DNA of 15,709 nucleotides, taken from contig JAUQYZ020000219.1 in the NCBI GenBank assembly GCA_030587475.2, positions 1 to 15,709 of the forward strand, in the 5' to 3' direction. Shown here in pieces: positions 7,613-14,665 of this stretch. Within the stretch, counting starts at the first letter, position 1. Each line of letters starts with the position of its first letter. A program made the translations under genes and the position numbers. The stretch comes from Candidatus Sigynarchaeum calidifontis. GTDB lineage: Archaea > Asgardarchaeota > Lokiarchaeia > Sigyniarchaeales > Sigyniarchaeaceae. Under the pieces are notes generated by a model, which did not search any database, was not told the DNA's origin, and worked only from the letters and a program-made list of their open reading frames with translations.

Positions 7613-8578
7613 ATGGTGGGCGATACCGGCACCCCGTTGATCTGCGACATCAAGCAGAACTCGCTCGACGATGGACCCGGCATCCGCACGGTCATCTTCT
7701 TTAAAGGCTGCCCCTTGTCTTGTAGCTGGTGCCAGAACCCGGAAGCCAAGGAAATGGCGGATCAACTCGTCGTGCAAGCCGCGAAATGCATTGAATGCAA
7801 GGATTGCGTGGATTGCCCGTCCAAGGCAATCTTGAAGGGCCCGCCCGTCCAGGTCGACCGTGCGAGGTGCGACTTGTGCTTCAAGTGCGTCGACGCGTGC
7901 CCCGCCGGGGTGTTCAAGCACGCGGGCACGCCCGCCGACCTCGAGGCCATCATCAAGCTCGCGCGGGAGAACAAGGTCTTCTACCGCACGAGCGGCGGGG
8001 GAATCACGCTGTCAGGCGGCGAGCCGCTCCTGTTCCCTCGCTTCGTGCTCGCCCTCGTCCAGCGGCTCGAGGCCGAGGGCATCAACGTCGTCCTGGAGAC
8101 CTGCGGATGTGTCCCCCTCTCGCCGGACGTCCTTGCCACAATCCAGCACGTCGTCTTGGTCTATTACGACATGAAGCTGGCCGATCCCACGCTTCACCAG
8201 CAGCACTGCGGGGTGAAAAACGATCTCGTCTTGAAAAACTTGAAGCGATTAATCGAGGAACGCATCGTGCACCTCCCGGAGAGGCGGGAGGCGATCGATT
8301 TCAAGAAATACACGTACGACAAGCCATTGCTCGTCCCGCGGATCCCTCTTGTTCCGGGTATCACGGACGACCCCGGAAACCTCTCGGCCATCGCATCAAT
8401 TCTCAAGGATCTCGGTGTCAAGCTCATCGACGCCCTCCCGTACAATCCGCTCTGGGTTGATAAGGCGAAAACTCTCGGATTCGCTTCTCCTAGCGCGATG
8501 AAAAGCTGGATGTCAAAGGAACAGCTCGCCCGTGTCCGTGCAGCGCTCGGGGGGTTCCAATTCGAGCGGTTCAAGTGA
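7613..8578 (+). CDS. Glycyl-radical enzyme activating protein (radical SAM with ferredoxin-like insert)
   Basis: DGPGIRTVIFFKGCPLSCSWCQNPE (CxxxCxxC), GGGITLSGGEPL, insert CIECKDCVDCP...CDLCFKCVDACP. GAGGT at 7603-7607 precedes ATG 7613. Confidence 0.95.
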   Translation: MVGDTGTPLICDIKQNSLDDGPGIRTVIFFKGCPLSCSWCQNPEAKEMADQLVVQAAKCIECKDCVDCPSKAILKGPPVQVDRARCDLCFKCVDACPAGVFKHAGTPADLEAIIKLARENKVFYRTSGGGITLSGGEPLLFPRFVLALVQRLEAEGINVVLETCGCVPLSPDVLATIQHVVLVYYDMKLADPTLHQQHCGVKNDLVLKNLKRLIEERIVHLPERREAIDFKKYTYDKPLLVPRIPLVPGITDDPGNLSAIASILKDLGVKLIDALPYNPLWVDKAKTLGFASPSAMKSWMSKEQLARVRAALGGFQFERFK

Positions 8579-8616
8579 TCACGTGCTTTCCTTCACCGTG
8601 TAAGGTGAGGCATAAA

Positions 8617-9168
8617 ATGCCTGTCTACGCATACGGAAGGCACGTACCCCGCATAGACCCCTCCGCGTATATCTTCCCATCCGCCGACGTGATCGGGAAC
8701 GTGCGAATCGGCGCAAAGGTGTTCGTGGGCGCCGGTGCGGTCATTCGCGGGGATTACGGCACGATAGAAATAGATGATGGATCAGCCATCGAGGAAAACG
8801 TCACGATACATGCGAGGGTTTCGCAAAAGACGACGATATGCAAGAACGTGACCATCGGCCACGCGGCGATGATCCACACCTGCATCATCCGCGAGGGAGC
8901 CGTCATCGGAATGGCGGCGACCGTGTCGGATTGGGCGGAAATCGGCGAGAACGCGATCGTCGCCGAGGGCGCCGTCGTGAAGAGCAAGACCAAGATCTCG
9001 CCGGGTTCCATCGCCGCCGGCGTGCCCGCGACCGAGATCGGGATTGCCAAGCCCGAGCAGATCGCCTTCTGGCAAGCTGCGAAGCAGATCTATCAGGACT
9101 TGTGCGGGGATTACCCGAAGAAGCTGCGCTTGCTCGAACCCGCTGAGTACCTTGTAAAAATTACCTAG
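8617..9168 (+). CDS. Gamma-carbonic anhydrase family / CaiE-PaaY-YrdA-like left-handed beta-helix protein
   Basis: Hexapeptide repeats, VIRGD, ENVTIH and TIGHAAMIH with three His metal ligands. AGGTGAGG SD upstream of ATG 8617. Confidence 0.9.
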   Translation: MPVYAYGRHVPRIDPSAYIFPSADVIGNVRIGAKVFVGAGAVIRGDYGTIEIDDGSAIEENVTIHARVSQKTTICKNVTIGHAAMIHTCIIREGAVIGMAATVSDWAEIGENAIVAEGAVVKSKTKISPGSIAAGVPATEIGIAKPEQIAFWQAAKQIYQDLCGDYPKKLRLLEPAEYLVKIT

Positions 9169-9194
9169 CGAAGAATGAGCCCGCGTGAACTGCC

Positions 9195-10136
9195 GTGAAG
9201 ATCGGGAACGTGGCCATCGAACATCTCGCATTCCTTGCGCCGATGCGGGCGGTGAACTGCCCGTCGTTCCGCATCTTGTGCAAGCAGCATGGTGCGGGCT
9301 TGTTATCAACCCAAACCTTCTGGTCGTGGGAGATCGAGAAGTGGGAACGCCGCCTAGACGAGGAATTCGCGGGTAGCGATTCGCCCTTGAGCATCCAGGT
9401 CGGGGGCAACCAGCCCGACGAGCTCAAGCGGACGGTCGGGCTGCTCGAGACTCGAGCGGATATTATCGACTTCAACGCGGGCTGTCCCCACGCGGACGCG
9501 TGCGGGAACAAGTCCGGCGCTTTTCTCCTTTTACATCTCAACCAGCTCGAGCGCGCCGTTGCGGCGGTCATCTCGTCGACGAACAAGCCCGTCACGGCCA
9601 AGATCCGCACGGGCTGGAGCCCGGGCAAGATCAACGTGGTCGAGGTGGCCAAGCTGCTCGAGAATCTCGGGATCGCCGCCATCACGGTGCACGGGCGCAC
9701 GCGCCAGCAGCTGTTCAAGGGTAAAGCTGACTGGCGGCTCATCAAGGCGGCGAAAGAGGGCGTGCAAGTGCCCGTGGTCGGGAACGGCGACGTGTTCTCG
9801 GGGCAAGACGCCGAGCGGATGATGTCGGAAACGAACTGCGACGCGGTTATGATCGGCCGCGCGGCAAAGGGGAACCCGTTTATATTCCGCCAGGTAAATG
9901 ATTGGCTCGACCATCGAGTCGACACCCCGCGAACCCTTCGCCAGGCATTGAATGACTTCCGTGCATTCGCCAGGTCCTACCACGTCATAGAACACGATCG
10001 CAGCGTGTCTGAATTCCGTGATCAAGCGACCTGGTTTTTAAAGGGGTTCCGTGGCATCAAGACCTTGCTCGATGGTGTACGCAAGGCGCCGAGCATCGTG
10101 GCGATCGAGCAAGCTATCGATAGCTTCTCAGCTTGA
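9195..10136 (+). CDS. dus: tRNA-dihydrouridine synthase family protein (DusB-like)
   Basis: LAPM, DFNAGCP, GAFLL, PVTAKIRTG, TVHGRT, GNGDV, VMIGRAAKGNPFIF motifs. GTG start. Confidence 0.92.
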   Translation: MKIGNVAIEHLAFLAPMRAVNCPSFRILCKQHGAGLLSTQTFWSWEIEKWERRLDEEFAGSDSPLSIQVGGNQPDELKRTVGLLETRADIIDFNAGCPHADACGNKSGAFLLLHLNQLERAVAAVISSTNKPVTAKIRTGWSPGKINVVEVAKLLENLGIAAITVHGRTRQQLFKGKADWRLIKAAKEGVQVPVVGNGDVFSGQDAERMMSETNCDAVMIGRAAKGNPFIFRQVNDWLDHRVDTPRTLRQALNDFRAFARSYHVIEHDRSVSEFRDQATWFLKGFRGIKTLLDGVRKAPSIVAIEQAIDSFSA

Positions 10137-10185
10137 GCCAACACGTTTCAAAAGGGTTATTACGATCCCCCCCGAGATCGATCGC

Positions 10186-11454
10186 ATGGAAAAACGAGCG
10201 CTTGCCTCGTTGGTCTGGATGTGGCTTGGCATTGCCGTTTTTTGGGGCTGCGAAAATGCATTCGTTGCGATGTATTTTTCCAATCCCTTGATCAATCCAG
10301 ACACGAACAGCGCTGGTTTTTTTGTTAGCATCCTCGTGGCGTTGTCCGCAATCGCAAATGTCATCGGGATGTGGATATCCGGCCCCGCGAGCGACGCGTG
10401 TCGATCTAAATTTGGCCGGCGCAAGCCATACATCATTCTTGGCGGGGTGCTTTCTGGTTCAATAATGATGCTATTCCCGGTCGTGAAGTTCTTTCCAACA
10501 ATCATTGACAAGCTGATCGCGGCGATCATCATCGATTGCAGCATGTCTTTTTGCGGTGATCTATTAACGGGGCCTCGATTCGCTTTGCTCATCGAAATCA
10601 CGACACCAGGCGAGCGTGCAACCGTCAACGGCATCTTGAACATTCCCAACATGGTCGGAATGGCCTTCCCCGTCGTCATCGCCGGCTTGTCGACCAGCAT
10701 CGCGTTCATGGACTCGTTTTTCTACATCGGCGGAACCGTGATCATCGTTTCGACGGTCACATCGACGTTATTCATCAAGGAGCCCCCCGTATCCGAACAA
10801 CAAGAGACGTTTCGAAAATATTTTCGAAAGGCCTTTACGATGGTGAATTACAAGAAAAATAAACCCTTTTACAAGGCACTCGTCGGCGTGGCGTTGCTTG
10901 CCATGGGCGGTTGCGTTTTTTACCCGTTCTTGCTGCCCTTCATTACATATTACGTGAACATCTCCGGATTGACGTTTGTCCTCTCGGTCGGGAGCATCTT
11001 GCTGATCAGCGTGGTTGTCCAGATACCGCTCGGGAAGATTTCCGATAAGCACGGCCGCCGGAGGATTTTCAAGATCATCCTTCCCCTCGCGACGCTCTTG
11101 CTCGCATCCGTGTATTTCGTGCAGCCGGGCGCTTTTTTCTTGCTCGTGCTCATCGGGGGCCCGGCGATCACGCTCTACTTCTCGCTTAAAATCCTCGTGC
11201 AAGCCTGGATGGAAGATTTATGCCCCGCGGATCAAAAAGCCACGATGTTCATCTACAACACGATAGCTGACGTGCTCATGATGGCACCGGGGGCGCTGAT
11301 CGGCGGTTTATTGTTGCTTGCGGTCAATCAAGGACCATACCACCCCGTCATCTTCGTGGCCGGCGCGGTGATCATGGCATCATCGATATTCATCTTTGCC
11401 AAGACGCCAGAAACGATTGAGCCACCCTTGTACCTTGATATTAACTGGACGTAA
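10186..11454 (+). CDS. MFS transporter (GPH/sugar-porter-like)
   Basis: About 12 hydrophobic segments with loop motifs SDACRSKFGRRKPY and GKISDKHGRR. Likely ATG at 10186. Confidence 0.9.
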   Translation: MEKRALASLVWMWLGIAVFWGCENAFVAMYFSNPLINPDTNSAGFFVSILVALSAIANVIGMWISGPASDACRSKFGRRKPYIILGGVLSGSIMMLFPVVKFFPTIIDKLIAAIIIDCSMSFCGDLLTGPRFALLIEITTPGERATVNGILNIPNMVGMAFPVVIAGLSTSIAFMDSFFYIGGTVIIVSTVTSTLFIKEPPVSEQQETFRKYFRKAFTMVNYKKNKPFYKALVGVALLAMGGCVFYPFLLPFITYYVNISGLTFVLSVGSILLISVVVQIPLGKISDKHGRRRIFKIILPLATLLLASVYFVQPGAFFLLVLIGGPAITLYFSLKILVQAWMEDLCPADQKATMFIYNTIADVLMMAPGALIGGLLLLAVNQGPYHPVIFVAGAVIMASSIFIFAKTPETIEPPLYLDINWT

Positions 11455-11933
11455 CGCACCGACCGCCCAACCGACCACCTCCGCAAGCGACGGGTGGATG
11501 GTTTGGGCCTGGTAGAGCGGCGTGACGACACCGGTAGCAGGGCAGGCCATTGACGACACGAACCGCAATCTTCCCTTCTCGTCGGGCATGGCGCATTCGT
11601 AACCGGCCTTCATGAGGTACACGATCGGGTGGATCAAGATGGCGGCTTGTGGCCCGACGATGCTCGCGCCGAGGATCTTTCTATCTCCGATATCTTTTTC
11701 CAGTCTATTTTTTCAACTATCAAATCGAGACCTACCTTTCGCGCGTGCTCGGCTTCCCGGATCAAATCCGCAGGATGCACGAGTACCTTCGAGGGGATGC
11801 AGCCTCGCGTCAAGCACGTGCCGCCCATCTTGCCCATCTCGACGAGGGCGCACGTCCAGCCATTCGAGAGTCCCTGGCTGAGCACGCTGAGCCCCACGCC
11901 GGAACCAACAACCACGAGGTCATAGATTTTCAT
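11380..11933 (-). pseudogene. Internally deleted dihydrolipoamide dehydrogenase / pyridine nucleotide-disulfide oxidoreductase-like gene
   Basis: N-terminus YDLVVVGSG...GGTCLTRGCIPSK...IDWKKISE is joined out of frame near 11685 to C-terminal KILGASIVGPQAAILIHP...TIHPSLAEVV. The central NAD(P)-binding region is absent. GAGGTGA SD at 11939-11945 precedes ATG 11933. Confidence 0.85.
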
Positions 11934-12050
11934 ATCGGTCACCTCATGTAACGATTACCTCATAGTGTTACCGAATTCAAAAAAAAGGCTTCCTTATATC
12001 TAATATTATATGCCTTTGTTCCAAAACGACAGATCATCAGTTCTTAACAC

Positions 12051-12057
12051 AAAAAAA
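12051..12057 (-). terminator. Candidate archaeal oligo(T) terminator after microprotein 1
   Basis: T7 run on the minus strand about 14 nt after the stop at 12071. A further T8 run lies at 11979-11986. Confidence 0.4.
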
Positions 12058-12070
12058 GCGATGTGGCGTT

Positions 12071-12250
12071 TTACAAAATCTCCACGTTGAAACAATAAGC
12101 ACAATCAGCGTTTTTGCAGCACCATTGCACCCAATCGGTGCCCGTGCCTTCAAAGTTTTCGAAGAGCTTGAAATCCATTCCGCCATGGCACCTTTCACAA
12201 GGTGGATCCTCAACGTGGAATACTCTACGGTCAAATGATGCAATGCTCAC
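12071..12250 (-). CDS. Zinc-ribbon-like microprotein, paralog 1 (59 aa)
   Basis: MSIASFDRRVFHVEDPPCERCHGGMDFKLFENFEGTGTDWVQWCCKNADCAYCFNVEIL. GGAGGT SD 8 nt before GTG. CxxC...Cx4C. Paralog 2 differs by many synonymous changes. Confidence 0.8.
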   Translation of the reverse strand: MSIASFDRRVFHVEDPPCERCHGGMDFKLFENFEGTGTDWVQWCCKNADCAYCFNVEIL

Positions 12251-12463
12251 GATGTTCTACCTCCCAACATGCATTTCACACTATGGTCTTAATGATCAAG
12301 GGTGTACCAAGTACAACAATGCATCGAAAGGGATGGATAAGCGTCGAGCGATTTTCACTTTTGGAAAGGATGAAAGGCTAGACGTGTCACGATTAGATTA
12401 AAATAATCAAAAGGTAAGCGAAAAGATCTTGTTCAACGTGTCTGCTTCGCGGATAATGGTTCC

Positions 12464-12646
12464 TTAGAGTATTTCCACGTTGATATAATGGCCGCAATTG
12501 ACGCTTTTACAGAACCACTGCACCCAATCTATGCCCGTGTGGTTAAAGTTTTCGTAAAGCTTGAAATCCATGCTATATTCGTGGCACTTGCCACACGGCG
12601 GGTCTTTCACCTTGAAAACCGCGGGATTGTACGTGGGCCTGACCGT
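12464..12646 (-). CDS. Zinc-ribbon-like microprotein, paralog 2 (60 aa from ACG; 48 aa from GTG 12610)
   Basis: (T/M)VRPTYNPAVFKVKDPPCGKCHEYSMDFKLYENFNHTGIDWVQWFCKSVNCGHYINVEIL. 32 identical positions to paralog 1 by manual alignment. GAGGT lies 9 nt upstream of ACG. Confidence 0.75.
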   Translation of the reverse strand, partial: TVRPTYNPAVFKVKDPPCGKCHEYSMDFKLYENFNHTGIDWVQWFCKSVNCGHYINVEIL

Positions 12647-12782
12647 GTCAAATCTACCTCGCGAACCGGATTCTGGCTAATCTGATTCCCTTGCATCCAA
12701 TGAAAATCATGGTATATGAAGTTTTTGTGCGGATACCTTTTATCATGGCCCGATCTTTTTCCCAGGCACCGAATGAACCAGG

Positions 12783-12791
12783 AAAAAAAAA
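12783..12791 (-). terminator. Candidate oligo(T) terminator downstream of DUF166 gene
   Basis: T9 run on the minus strand about 75 nt after the stop at 12866. Confidence 0.35.
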
Positions 12792-12865
12792 TCGAATGTA
12801 CTAATACAACAAAGATCGGGCCAGGATGCATTTAAAAGGGATGCGTGACCACGGCTTGGAGAATA

Positions 12866-13690
12866 TTAACCCGACGAGCTCGCTGGCTGGGGCCGGTGGA
12901 ATTTCGTGCGATCTACGATGCCCAACTGCTGCTCGATCGCATCGTGGATGCAATCCCTCGCCAGGTACCCTGCAACGTGCAGCGGTGAATCGCCTAAAAT
13001 TGGGTCTTTATCCATCGATGCGGAACACGGAAAAGAATGATGAGCAAGACTGATCTTCTCATCGAGCGAGATTTTATCATCATAAATCGATTCGTTGCGG
13101 ATTTGCTGGACGATATAATAGGCAGAACCACATGGTTGAGTCCGGATCACGTGGCCGTTCAAGATCTTGCCCTCCTTGATCTCCAATTCCACGACAGGGC
13201 GGCCGACCTTGAACGTGTCCATGAACTGCCGGATGATGGATCTGCTCGCATCGTCCGGCCGCACATCGAGGTCGCAGAATGGCCGGGGGAAGGCGTGCTG
13301 TATGCCAAGATCGGTGCATTCGTCCGCCAGCTGTTTTTGCAAGCCGAATGGAAGCCATTTCTTGTCCTCAACGGGAACGATCAGCGCTGGTACGCCGCAA
13401 TCCTTTGCGAAGCGTGGGATCACCGCGAGGATGTCCGGGTGCAACCCAATGGCGATGAGCACGTCGCATTTCGGAATGCTCGTGGGGAGGAAAGAAGCTG
13501 GCTCGTCGATGAAGTCGGGCAAGTTCCCTTCCACCTCGTGGTAGGCCTGGATGTTTCCCGCACGGGTGCCCAGAGGCAGCCTGCAATGGTTGCACCCGTT
13601 ACCGCATGCCGTGCAAAAATTCACGTCGTTTATCACGTGGCCCGCCACGCGTTCCGCGAAGGCATCCTTTTGGATGATACCGACGTTCAT
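12866..13690 (-). CDS. DUF166 family protein (often mis-labelled thymidylate synthase), Cys-rich
   Basis: LHPDIL, PRPFCDL, PCGSAYY, HHSFPCSASMDKD...LHVAG motifs and an N-terminal CTACGNGCNHCR cluster. AGAGGAG SD precedes ATG 13690 (MNVGII). Confidence 0.82.
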   Translation of the reverse strand: MNVGIIQKDAFAERVAGHVINDVNFCTACGNGCNHCRLPLGTRAGNIQAYHEVEGNLPDFIDEPASFLPTSIPKCDVLIAIGLHPDILAVIPRFAKDCGVPALIVPVEDKKWLPFGLQKQLADECTDLGIQHAFPRPFCDLDVRPDDASRSIIRQFMDTFKVGRPVVELEIKEGKILNGHVIRTQPCGSAYYIVQQIRNESIYDDKISLDEKISLAHHSFPCSASMDKDPILGDSPLHVAGYLARDCIHDAIEQQLGIVDRTKFHRPQPASSSG

Positions 13691-13883
13691 GATCGTGCTT
13701 CTCCTCTGGTGACATCTACCGTGCACGTTCCTAAAGAAACACGCGCTACGGCTTTCAAAGCCCGTCTTGATCGGCAAGGCATATTCCATAAGCGAGCGAT
13801 TTTGATGGACATGGCGCGGAAAAACGGTTGAAAACGATCACGTGAGACCCGAATAATACTGCATTGAAAAGGGATGTGCCATT

Positions 13884-13895
13884 TTATGATCATAA
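13884..13895. promoter_or_regulatory. Perfect 12-bp palindrome TTATGATCATAA, candidate operator
   Basis: Lies in the divergent DUF166/Lrp intergenic region and overlaps an AT-rich TATA-like TTTTATGA about 30 nt upstream of ATG 13918. Confidence 0.4.
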
Positions 13896-13917
13896 CCCAA
13901 ATCCCGAGGTAACGTCC

Positions 13918-14496
13918 ATGACCGCGGAAAATGATGAGAACCAGCAAGATGTGGTTTTCAAGTCCTTTGGAATCGACGATGACGACATCAAGATCTTGAA
14001 GATATTCCAAGAGGAACCGGACATAACGCACGTGGAAATTGCCAAGAAGATCAACAAGTCGCAGCCTGCCGTCGGGGCGCGAGTAACCAAGCTCCAGCGG
14101 AAAGACCTCCTCGCAACGCAGAAGGGCATCAACTTCAAGGCCCTGCACGACAAGATGTTTCTCATCATGGTTGACTTGCAAACCAAGGATCCAGGCCCGG
14201 TTATCGAGGGCGAAATGCTCAAGTGCCCGTTCGTCATCAACGTGTTTAAGCGATCAGGCACGAAAAATTTGAGCGTGTTGCTTGCCGCGACGAACATGGC
14301 AAAGCTGGAGACCATCATCGACCGCCATTTCCGTGCAAATCCGCGGGTTCTCAACGTGGAGACATCGTTCATCGTCGATGTGCTTAAAGACTTCGTGTTG
14401 CCCGTTAATTGGGATTTTTTACGATATGAAGATATTCCATGCGGCCAGACATGCTGCCAGCAGATCAAGAAGCGAATGCCCGATTCAGCTCCGTGA
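13918..14496 (+). CDS. Lrp/AsnC family transcriptional regulator
   Basis: IDDDDIKILKIFQEEPDITHVEIAKKINKSQPAVGARVTKL wHTH plus RAM-like domain and C-terminal CGQTCC. GAGGT at 13906-13910. Confidence 0.9.
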   Translation: MTAENDENQQDVVFKSFGIDDDDIKILKIFQEEPDITHVEIAKKINKSQPAVGARVTKLQRKDLLATQKGINFKALHDKMFLIMVDLQTKDPGPVIEGEMLKCPFVINVFKRSGTKNLSVLLAATNMAKLETIIDRHFRANPRVLNVETSFIVDVLKDFVLPVNWDFLRYEDIPCGQTCCQQIKKRMPDSAP

Positions 14497-14665
14497 CTCG
14501 ATTCGCTATAACCCCATTCTGATCTTGTACGCGCCATTGCCCATTCTTTCGCGCATCGATACGTTTTAATACCCGAGACGAGTCGCAAAGGATATTCTAT
14601 CAATCTCGGGAGATGATGATCTCGTCGAGTATCACGAGTGACCTTCTTCCGTCGAGCCCGCCGAG

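Noticed and set aside
11634-11700. Programmed frameshift producing a mini-oxidoreductase
   Set aside because: Even re-framed, the product lacks the NAD(P)-binding domain and much of the FAD domain; deletion is the simpler explanation.
12071-12610. CRISPR array or non-coding repeat
   Set aside because: Only two long diverged copies, and divergence follows codon structure, indicating paralogous genes.
14572-14638. Inverted repeats CCCGAGA/TCTCGGG and CTCGT/ACGAG upstream of the 7-TM gene
   Set aside because: Short stems expected by chance at this GC content; no known RNA motif recognised.
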